A stretch of 14,986 nt of DNA from Kofleriaceae bacterium (GTDB taxonomy: Bacteria; Myxococcota_A; Polyangia; Haliangiales; Haliangiaceae), in contig JBKJLC010000109.1 in the NCBI GenBank assembly GCA_046597055.1, forward strand, positions 1 through 14,986, read 5' to 3'. Under the pieces are notes generated by a model. That model did no database searches. It had not been told where the DNA came from and saw only the letters and a program-made list of their open reading frames with translations. Made by a program: the position numbers and the translations under genes. Numbering within the stretch: the first letter of the stretch is position 1; each line of letters opens with the position of its first letter. Shown piece after piece: positions 8,188-14,986 of the stretch.

Positions 8188-8508
8188 TCACGGCGCAATG
8201 TCGAGCAGCAGCTCTCGCTCGGCGGGTCCCGCGAGGCACTCGCTCATCACCTCGCGATGCTGCTTGTCGATCGCGAACGTCGACTTCGCAAACGCAGCGT
8301 TCACCTTGTCGAAGTCGTCGGCCTCGATCGCGTAGACGACGACCGGCCCGTCGGACGTCATAAGCAACGACGCTGTTTCGTGACGAACGCCCTCGTGCCG
8401 CAGCGTTTCGAGCGCCTCCTCGCGCCGCGGGCCCCCGGCCTCGGTGAGCCACGCGCGCAGTCGGTCGACCTTGTCGGGATGAACCTTCATGAATCGGACA
8501 CGAATCAT
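8188..8508 (-). CDS. DUF6176-like protein (probable dimeric alpha+beta barrel)
   Basis: KVHPDKVDRLRAW...RREEALETLRHEGVRHETASL...VVYAIEADD...STFAIDKQHREVMSECL matches the family pattern as I recall it; 106 aa from ATG 8508. Confidence 0.75.
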   Translation of the reverse strand: MIRVRFMKVHPDKVDRLRAWLTEAGGPRREEALETLRHEGVRHETASLLMTSDGPVVVYAIEADDFDKVNAAFAKSTFAIDKQHREVMSECLAGPAERELLLDIAP

Positions 8509-8586
8509 TTCTCGATGGTCGCATCGAACGCTCGCCGCCGCACGCGCCACCGTCTCGGCCACGAGCGGGCTTCGCGGCCGACATTC

Positions 8587-8766
8587 TCACGCCACGACGA
8601 GCGCCACGCATCGACGGCATCGTGCATCGTCGAAGGCGATGGCCCGCAAGTGCGATCCGCTACCCTCCTCGAGCAACCACTGCTGCAGGTCGATGAGCGT
8701 CAGCTTCGCGTTTACGTGCTCGACGAGCGGAGCCGGCGCCGAGCGATGAGCGCCCTGAACGACCAT
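8587..8766 (-). CDS. Possible 59-aa small protein or gene fragment (below the ORF-track cutoff)
   Basis: ATG 8766 to TGA 8587: MVVQGAHRSAPAPLVEHVNAKLTLIDLQQWLLEEGSGSHLRAIAFDDARCRRCVALVVA. Fills the gap between two minus-strand genes and has a protein-like amphipathic core. Confidence 0.3.
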   Translation of the reverse strand: MVVQGAHRSAPAPLVEHVNAKLTLIDLQQWLLEEGSGSHLRAIAFDDARCRRCVALVVA

Positions 8767-8772
8767 AAGGGC

Positions 8773-9183
8773 TCAGGGTGGTGCGGGAGCGACCGCGCGG
8801 ATCGTCACGCGAATATAGTAGTTGGCACAACTGTCGTTTTTCAGAACGACCTCATCCTCGTTTTGTAGGAGCTTCAGCGCCTGGTTGCCAGCAGCATCGG
8901 TGAGACCGCCCCCTCCGGGTCGCTCAGGGAATTCGGAGAAGGACAGCTCAATATCGGTCTTCAGCGGTCGTACACCAAGGCGGTGACGAAGATGAAGCGT
9001 TGTCGCTCCCGTGAAGGGCACCAACGGCCCCGCCGCCGGCGAACTCTCCCAGAGGAGAGTGCCGCCGGCGCGATGCAGCGTTCCCTTGTCGAAGTACAGC
9101 TCACTCGGTGGGCATGGCGACCCGCACCCTTGCACCCACAACGTGCTGGCGAGCGTGATTGCGACGGGAATGCGACTGATCAT
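8773..9183 (-). CDS. Small lipoprotein of unknown function (myxobacterial family)
   Basis: MISRIPVAITLASTLWVQG-C; beta-rich domain WESSP...HRLGVRP...AAGNQ...VLKNDSCANYYIRV; 136 aa. Confidence 0.75.
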   Translation of the reverse strand: MISRIPVAITLASTLWVQGCGSPCPPSELYFDKGTLHRAGGTLLWESSPAAGPLVPFTGATTLHLRHRLGVRPLKTDIELSFSEFPERPGGGGLTDAAGNQALKLLQNEDEVVLKNDSCANYYIRVTIRAVAPAPP

Positions 9184-9270
9184 GCTATTCAGATTCACTT
9201 CACGAGTCGACGCGCGCGGATGCATCGCCACGAGCGTAACTCCGCGGGGAGTTTGCATGCGTTGAGTCGT

Positions 9271-10425
9271 CTACGGACTGAGCCCCGGAGCCAACACCCG
9301 AACCGGGATGTTCGTCGCGTTCGCCGAAGCGCCGATGACGACGCCGTAGTCGTTGTTACCCCAACACCAGACCGCATCGTCCGCGGTCCTCCCGCAGACG
9401 GTGGTGCCGTTGCCTCTTATCTCGACGATGGGTGGCAGGCCGGTCACGACCGCCGGAGTCGTCCGCGGCAGGGTCGTCGCGTCGCCCAGCTGTCCGTCGC
9501 GGTTGTCGCCGAGACAATGCACCGAACCATCCGTGAACCGCGCGCAGATGAAACTCTCGCCGCCAACGACTTGCTGCGCCTCGCGTATTGCTGCAACGCG
9601 GACCGGCGTGCAGTGCGCGCCGCAACGTCCGCCGGTGATGCTGTCGATATTGCCCCAGCAGTACGGATCGCCGTTCCGCGCGAGCGCGCAGGAAGTGTGA
9701 CTCAGCGAGAGCTCCGCGACCGGCACCTCGATCGTGAGGCGATGCGGCGGCGAACACGTAGCTCCGGACGAGCCGTCGCATGGTGGCGCGTCGCCTGTGC
9801 CGGCATAATCTCCGTCGCCCCAGCACACGACATCGCCGCGCATCCGAATGGCGCATGCTCCCCACGACGCGACGACAATGTTCCGCACCTCTTCGCCTTC
9901 GAGGAATTCGCTCGGCGGTGACGTGCATAGCGGATAGGGGTCGCCGCACTTCTCACCCGTCGTCCACCCGTCTGCGCGCATCCCCACGCAAACGAGCTTG
10001 TGCTCGTGGGTTATCGCGCAGACCGCGTCCGACGACGAGATTTCGAGCATGGTTGGCCAACGTTCGGTGATCCTGCGACGCCCCCCCCAGCACTCGCCCA
10101 CGCCGCTCGTCAACACCGCGCACGACGTCCCGCCGGTGTCGATGGAGCGCGCCCGTTCCGCCAAGGCGACCACGTGCGGTGGTGGGTGAACGCCGCGCCA
10201 CTCGCCACCGCCCCAACAAAGGACGCCACCGTCGCGGCGCAACACGCACGCTTCGGACGACGTGACCGCAAGCCGTCGCTCCGTCGGCTTCACGGTTGAG
10301 GGAATCGGGGGCGCGGTTACCGCGACGTCGTCGCTCCGTAACTCGCTGCGCGCGCCGCACGAAGCGAGCGTGGCGATCAACGCGCGAGCGGCCGCGCGAG
10401 GAAAGTCTGGCCTGAAGCGGCGCAC
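9271..10425 (-). CDS. RCC1/BLIP-II repeat lipoprotein
   Basis: Lipobox TLAS-C; repeats ACVLRRDGGVLCWG, ACAIRMRGDVVCWG, SCALARNGDPYCWG, FICARFTDGSVHCLGDNRDGQLGD, VCGRTADDAVWCWGNN. Confidence 0.9.
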   Translation of the reverse strand: MRRFRPDFPRAAARALIATLASCGARSELRSDDVAVTAPPIPSTVKPTERRLAVTSSEACVLRRDGGVLCWGGGEWRGVHPPPHVVALAERARSIDTGGTSCAVLTSGVGECWGGRRRITERWPTMLEISSSDAVCAITHEHKLVCVGMRADGWTTGEKCGDPYPLCTSPPSEFLEGEEVRNIVVASWGACAIRMRGDVVCWGDGDYAGTGDAPPCDGSSGATCSPPHRLTIEVPVAELSLSHTSCALARNGDPYCWGNIDSITGGRCGAHCTPVRVAAIREAQQVVGGESFICARFTDGSVHCLGDNRDGQLGDATTLPRTTPAVVTGLPPIVEIRGNGTTVCGRTADDAVWCWGNNDYGVVIGASANATNIPVRVLAPGLSP

Positions 10426-10431
10426 ATGAGC

Positions 10432-10437
10432 AGTCTA
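10432..10437 (-). promoter_or_regulatory. -10-like hexamer TAGACT, leaderless-type
   Basis: 6 nt upstream of GTG 10425. Confidence 0.6.
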
Positions 10438-10534
10438 CGATCACGGGAGAATCTGCGCAGGACGTTGCGTGAATGGACGCATGCTTCGCGCATTCGGTGT
10501 CGACCAGTTCACTTCTGCTACGACTCTCCGCATC

Positions 10535-11488
10535 GTGTATCGCGTCGCGGTCGCTGTCTTTTCGTCCTTCGCGTTGACCATCGCGCCGGCGATCGCAAAC
10601 GCATGCAAGCCGTCGCCTCGGCCGGCCCTGGGGTGCACCCGACAATGACGCGCGACTCCCCGAGAACGCTCCCGGCCTCGTCTGGCAGGGTCGAGGCTTG
10701 CCCGATGGAGCCAAGCTCACGCTCGACGACGCCGAGATCATCCTCGAGCCCAAACCGCTCACCGACGCTTCGCTCCTCGTTCCGCAAACGCCGCTGATCT
10801 CCGGACGCTTGTATGTATTCAGCTACTCGGACTCGTGGGGTGTCGTCGCGGTCCACCGATTCACGGCCACCCCTGCGGCAGTGACGCCTCGAGTGATCGG
10901 CAGCCTTCAGGCGAGCGCGTCGCGGCAAGGGCCGTTCACCGTTTCGAGCGGCGGGGGATCATGCACACTCGACATCGACGCGGCAGTAGCCGATCTGGAA
11001 ATCAATCCGTCACCCGAGCTGGCACCATGGGTCTCCGTCACCCGGTTCACGACCCTGGTCGACGGAAAGGTGTGTGGACACACTCCCGCTTCGGTCGAAC
11101 GGATCGGCCTGCGACGAGCACCTACTCCATGGAGCACGGGGCGAGGATCGTTGGCCAGATCTTCGCGTACTGCGGTGAGGGCAAGCCCCAGGGCGACGCT
11201 GGGGTGTCACCGGGGAAGCATCGCGTCACGGCTGTAGCGGAGATCGCGGGCTTGGCGGTGCAACTGCCGCTGTCTGGCGTTGACATCGACTTGACCTGCG
11301 CTCCGCGGGACGGGGAATCCGCCGGCGGCTGCTCGTGTGGCGTCGTCCCACGATCTCAGCACGAAGCCTTTGGTGCGAGCCTCGCGCTCCTCATCGCCGC
11401 TGCATGGAGGCGTCTGGTAGTCCGGCATGGGCCTCGCTCCCTGCACCGTAAGCAAGGTCGGGTTCGATGGGACCCGCGAACAGACTGA
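10535..11488 (+). pseudogene. Secreted protein with MYXO-CTERM-type sorting tail, split over three frame segments
   Basis: Signal peptide MYRVAVAVFSSFALTIAPAIANA-CKP from GTG 10535. Deleting one G of GGGG (10630-10633) joins to APDNDARLPENAPGLVW; deleting one TG of GTGTGTG (11070-11076) joins VDGKV to WTHSRFG. Tail GGCSCGVVP...ASLALLIAAAWRR. Confidence 0.78.
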
Positions 11489-11563
11489 GCGTGGGCGCGC
11501 CTGATCACCGGGCTCGAAGAACGCGGAGACGTTAGCGAGTAGCCATTACCGACGCGCTTCTCC

Positions 11564-11569
11564 TACCCT
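11564..11569 (+). promoter_or_regulatory. -10-like hexamer TACCCT, leaderless-type
   Basis: 6 nt upstream of GTG 11576. Confidence 0.55.
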
Positions 11570-11575
11570 TCCGCC

Positions 11576-12211
11576 GTGCATAAGCTCCTTATCGCCTGCG
11601 TGCTCCTTGGTTGCGGCGCTCGTGTGATCGACGCCGGCCCCCCGCCGACCGACGCGGCCCTCGCCAACGACACCTCCTCGCCGAGCCCCGGCGCCGACAC
11701 CGCGCCCATCCCCCCCGAGGCAACCGACGCAGGCCCCACCGATCCCCCGCCGCCGGAAGAGGACGCGGTCCCGCCGGAGCCCACGATGTCATTGGCCGAG
11801 TGCTTCGGCGACATGGGCAAGTCCAACCCGTCGACTCTCAAAGACCTCCTCTACAACTACGCCACGTGCAAGGGCAGCGCTGGCTGCTTCTGGCAGTTCC
11901 GGTTCAACGTCGGCTGCAACGCCGAGTTGACGCTCTCGGGTTCAATGATGGTGCGCACCGCCACCGTGAACGACGACGACTGCAAAGTGCTGCGCAATTG
12001 GTCAACGAGCGACCGTTTGCTCAACGCGCTCAACATGTCCTCCGCAGAGGCCAAGGCCTGCATGGCCTCGCTCGACACCACCCGCGCCGAGGACACGATC
12101 GTCGGCGGCACCCCATACGGGATGAAGACGTACTACTGCCCGGTGGAACCCTTCACGACGCACCGCCGGTGTATGCAGATGGTGATCGCTAAGTACTTCC
12201 CGCCAAAGTAG
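11576..12211 (+). CDS. Cys-rich lipoprotein of unknown function
   Basis: MHKLLIACVLLG-CGAR lipobox, Pro/Asp-rich tether, globular domain with 8 Cys; strong G/C third-position bias; 211 aa. Confidence 0.82.
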   Translation: MHKLLIACVLLGCGARVIDAGPPPTDAALANDTSSPSPGADTAPIPPEATDAGPTDPPPPEEDAVPPEPTMSLAECFGDMGKSNPSTLKDLLYNYATCKGSAGCFWQFRFNVGCNAELTLSGSMMVRTATVNDDDCKVLRNWSTSDRLLNALNMSSAEAKACMASLDTTRAEDTIVGGTPYGMKTYYCPVEPFTTHRRCMQMVIAKYFPPK

Positions 12212-12259
12212 CCCGCGCCTCGTCAGGCTGTGAATTGGTGACGCAAGCCACCTTAGGGT

Positions 12260-13549
12260 TTAGGGCTTTCGCGCGCAGCGGATTCCGGTCCACTCCGCGC
12301 GTCGGTTGGCGCCGCTGTTGCCGCGCTTGCTGACGAGTACGTCGTTCGCGTCGCCGCCGGCCGCGCCTCCGCGGATCATCCGGACGTCTTCTCCCGGCGC
12401 GTACGTGAACGCACAATCGACGCACGTCGTCTCGTTGTACGTGCCCTTGTAAAAGTCGATCGTCCACTCGGCGACGTTGCCGACGAGATCGCTGTGGCCC
12501 CACTTGCCGTCGCCGAGGGGTGAGTGCGTCCCGACGTTTTTCGCGTCGGTGCCGCATGGGCTCCCGCAGTAGGTCGCGTGCGCGCTGGTGATGGTCGTCG
12601 CTCCCGGCGGATACGCGACCGACCAGGGATACGCGCGCTGCTCCACGCCGCCGGCCGCTGCGTAGTTCCACTCCGCCTCCGACGGCAGGAAGCCGCCATC
12701 CCAGATGCAGAACGCATAGGCGTCGAACCAAGTGACCTGGTTGATGGGCTTCTTTTCGTTCCCGCCGGGCAGCGACGTCCATGTCGGGCGATACGACGGA
12801 TCCGTCATTCCGCTCGTCGTGACGAGGTTCTTGTCCCAGGTCGCCTTGTCGGTCGGGAAGCGCTCCAGCGTCGTAAAGGCCGGGTCCCAGCCGGGCTCGT
12901 ACCCCGACGCTGGGCCGCTCAGTCCGAGGCCGCCGTTCAAGTGCGAGTGCTTGCCGGATCCCGCCGCCGGCTTCCAACCAGCGGTCACCGCCGCGACGTA
13001 CGAACGGAACCGACCGACGCTCACCTCGTATTTGTCGAGTCGAAAGCTGCTGATCTGCGCCTTCCACTTGGCGTCGGTGTGATTGGTCGTGAGGCCGTCG
13101 TAGCTGCGACTGAACGTCGCCGCAGAGATCCCCGAGACCAAGAGGCTCGTGCAGCAATTCTCCAATCCGCTCGGTCCGCAGTTGGTGCGCCCATCACCAG
13201 ACGTCCCGCAGGACCCGGCGCCCGAGAGGCCCCCCTCGGCGGTGTCGGGGCCGCTGTCGATGGGCGACATCGAGTCGGTGGTTCCCGTGTCGACGGCCGT
13301 GTCGGTCGAGACGGCCACGTCGGTCGCGGTGTCGGGGCCGACCCCCGTGTCACCGGTGGTGCCGCAGACACACGCGCTGTAGGTGCCATCCCCGCTGCAC
13401 GTCTGGACGCCGCTCTTGCCGTCGACGCACAGGCACGCGGCGGTCGACCCCGGAATGCACTTCGGCGGTCCCGCCTCTTCGGACGACGAACACCCGAGAA
13501 CGATTGCCCACGCAGCGAGAACGCCGCGTCGTGTCCTTGATGCCCCCAT
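12260..13549 (-). CDS. FGE-sulfatase (SUMF1/formylglycine-generating enzyme family) domain lipoprotein, probably non-catalytic
   Basis: Lipobox IVLG-C, Cys-rich module CIPGSTAACLCVDGKSGVQTCSGDGTYSACVC, D/T tether, then FRLDKYEVSVGRF, PINQVTWFDAYAFCIWDGGFLPSEAEWNYAA, DLVGNVAEW, RMIRGG and GIRCAR. Confidence 0.92.
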   Translation of the reverse strand: MGASRTRRGVLAAWAIVLGCSSSEEAGPPKCIPGSTAACLCVDGKSGVQTCSGDGTYSACVCGTTGDTGVGPDTATDVAVSTDTAVDTGTTDSMSPIDSGPDTAEGGLSGAGSCGTSGDGRTNCGPSGLENCCTSLLVSGISAATFSRSYDGLTTNHTDAKWKAQISSFRLDKYEVSVGRFRSYVAAVTAGWKPAAGSGKHSHLNGGLGLSGPASGYEPGWDPAFTTLERFPTDKATWDKNLVTTSGMTDPSYRPTWTSLPGGNEKKPINQVTWFDAYAFCIWDGGFLPSEAEWNYAAAGGVEQRAYPWSVAYPPGATTITSAHATYCGSPCGTDAKNVGTHSPLGDGKWGHSDLVGNVAEWTIDFYKGTYNETTCVDCAFTYAPGEDVRMIRGGAAGGDANDVLVSKRGNSGANRRAEWTGIRCARKP

Positions 13550-13556
13550 CGTAGTC

Positions 13557-13565
13557 AATCTAGCA
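13557..13565 (-). promoter_or_regulatory. Extended -10 TGC-TAGATT, leaderless-type
   Basis: Hexamer 7 nt upstream of ATG 13549 with TGn extension. Confidence 0.6.
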
Positions 13566-13644
13566 GGACGGCTCCGTCAGGCATTGCCATGCTTCGCTTG
13601 AACGCCGAGTGGGGGAACGAGCGCGGTGCGCGACACATTCTCGG

Positions 13645-13653
13645 TGCTACAAT
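13645..13653 (+). promoter_or_regulatory. Extended -10 TGC-TACAAT, leaderless-type
   Basis: Near-consensus hexamer 8 nt upstream of GTG 13662; divergent from the 13549 promoter. Confidence 0.6.
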
Positions 13654-13661
13654 TTTTCCAC

Positions 13662-14318
13662 GTGAGGTTCGCGATGGCGCTGATGCTGGCCGGGTGCGGC
13701 GCGCGCCTCAGTGCGGTGCCCGACGTCGATAGCAGCACCATCGACACCGGGGCCTCGGAGCCGGAGGCAGGGCTCGAGGCAAGCACTCCCGATGCTTTCG
13801 TGCCCGACGTGGTCGAAACGGAAGCACCCGCGTTCGACAGCGCGATGCCAGACGTCCCTCCGTTCGATGCAGCCGCGCCGTGCACCACATCGATCACGGG
13901 AGCCGAGCCGGTCGGCGTCTCGCTCGCGGGGGCGGTGCGGTTCGACGATCCGAGCTTCCCCGAGTCCCGCACCGTGACCGCGCTCCTCTTCCTCCCAAAG
14001 GGTCGCGTCCCGGGCGCGCGGGTGATCCTCGCGCGTCCGAAGACAGGGCGACCGGGTTGGGACGTCACGTCATCCAACCTGGACGCGTCGTTGGGCGCAA
14101 AGCTCACGGTCACCGATGAGCACTGCGGCGATGCAATCGAGGGGACGCTCCTCGGGCCCGACGACGGAATCCTCGCGCGTGTGAAAGTCAATCCGACCGC
14201 CCCGTGGGCGGACGCTGTCGTGACGAAGCCAGGGTCGGCGAAGCTTTGTTCGAGCGGTCCGATCAAGACACCGATGCTGCAGGTGCCCGTCTGTCACTGG
14301 CCACTCCGATCCGCGTAA
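13662..14318 (+). CDS. Lipoprotein of unknown function, 3' end possibly replaced by an inserted element
   Basis: MRFAMALMLAG-CGAR lipobox, acidic tether, beta-rich domain. The last codons (CHWPLRSA) overlap the putative element end at 14292. Confidence 0.78.
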   Translation: MRFAMALMLAGCGARLSAVPDVDSSTIDTGASEPEAGLEASTPDAFVPDVVETEAPAFDSAMPDVPPFDAAAPCTTSITGAEPVGVSLAGAVRFDDPSFPESRTVTALLFLPKGRVPGARVILARPKTGRPGWDVTSSNLDASLGAKLTVTDEHCGDAIEGTLLGPDDGILARVKVNPTAPWADAVVTKPGSAKLCSSGPIKTPMLQVPVCHWPLRSA

Positions 14319-14986
14319 ACCGGGACCGGAGTTCGACGGGGAAGTTCGCCTGATCGCGGAGGCCGTGTAGGTCTCGACGCCGATCGCCGGACACGACGAA
14401 GGCCGGGAGCTTGCACCTCCCGACCTCCTTTGCCCCGCGGGCGCGAGACGGGCCGACCTTCACGCGTTCCTCGGGATAGGGCCAACCTTCCGGCGATCGC
14501 CCCGCGGGTTTGGACGATCATCGTGGCGCTGCGTGCGCATCGTGCCGAGTGCAATTCAGCGTCTGTCGCCGTCACGACCGCGGTCAGATCTACTGCGGCG
14601 TTGCGTGTCGACGTTTCGCTCGGCGAGCAGTCGAGCAACGCGCACGTGCGCTTCATCGCGCGAGCGTCGAGGGTCGCCTCGATCACCGCGATCACCAGGC
14701 CGCGTACCGTGCTCGCCGGCTGGCGCGCGTGAGGGATCCCCCTGACGAGCAGTTGGCCGTCGCGGGCATGGTGCGCTCGCCCGAGCGTGCGTCGTCCTCC
14801 GCGACGGAGCCGATCGTCACGCCGGCGGAAAGCCACGACGATGCCCAGTCCGATCACGGTGACCATCTCACCGGAGCCCACGCGCGTGAGGATCCTCGCG
14901 ACGCAGTGCGAGCGCGACATCCTCAAGGCGGTGCTCGCGCCTGCGAGCCGCATCCACCCGCGTGCGGCGGCGACGCTGCTCGAGGG
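14292..14986 (+). mobile_element. Putative left end of a myxobacterial DDE (Mu/IS481-like) transposon, continuing beyond the window
   Basis: Begins TGTCACTGGCC...GTAAACCGGGACCGG, followed by ~550 nt without a convincing gene, then an ORF at 14841 resembling (from recall) the small first ORF upstream of DDE transposase + ExeA-like ATPase pairs in Polyangiaceae. No transposase is visible here. Confidence 0.4.
14841..14986 (+). CDS. 5' part of a hypothetical, probably transposon-associated protein (runs off the window; absent from the ORF track)
   Basis: MPSPITVTISPEPTRVRILATQCERDILKAVLAPASRIHPRAAATLLE...; open to the window end; purine-rich GGAAAG upstream rather than a -10 hexamer. Confidence 0.65.
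   Translation, partial: MPSPITVTISPEPTRVRILATQCERDILKAVLAPASRIHPRAAATLLE

Noticed and set aside
12212..12265. Intrinsic terminator between convergent genes; TTAGGG-like doublet
   Set aside because: Only a weak GGTG...CACC stem with no U-tract. The two TTAGGG units are too few to be meaningful.
12260..12400. Diversity-generating retroelement target (C-lectin/FGE C-terminus as variable repeat)
   Set aside because: I found no second copy differing at adenines (template repeat), no reverse transcriptase and no avd gene in the window. A remote DGR cannot be excluded.
376..14330. Composite transposon carrying the whole lipoprotein cluster
   Set aside because: The two ends are not inverted copies of each other, appear to be from different families, and each belongs to an element extending away from the cluster.

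Overview
High-GC window, most consistent with a myxobacterium (Myxococcota, probably Polyangiales). This rests on a MYXO-CTERM-type tail, Cys-rich lipoproteins and VDATHVYWT propeller repeats. It is an accessory region between two probable mobile-element ends: an IS21-like right end at ~376-471, and a TGT-starting left end at ~14292 followed by a first ORF running off the window. Between them lie about ten predicted lipoproteins with short signal peptides, most with acidic tethers: two tandem beta-propeller paralogs, an RCC1-repeat protein, an FGE-sulfatase/C-lectin-fold protein and several Cys-rich unknowns. Also present are a MYXO-CTERM protein, a DUF6176-like protein, a GrpB (NTase-fold) protein and a stand-alone wHTH-TIR (CAP12/Pycsar-type) protein. 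The strongest non-coding signal is a -10-like hexamer 6-8 nt before nearly every start codon with no evident Shine-Dalgarno (TANNNT in 10 of 15 genes, TAGACT four times), implying leaderless, gene-by-gene transcription. Several genes are broken by small indels, which may be real decay/slippage or assembly error. Domain calls are from motif recognition by eye, not from database searches.
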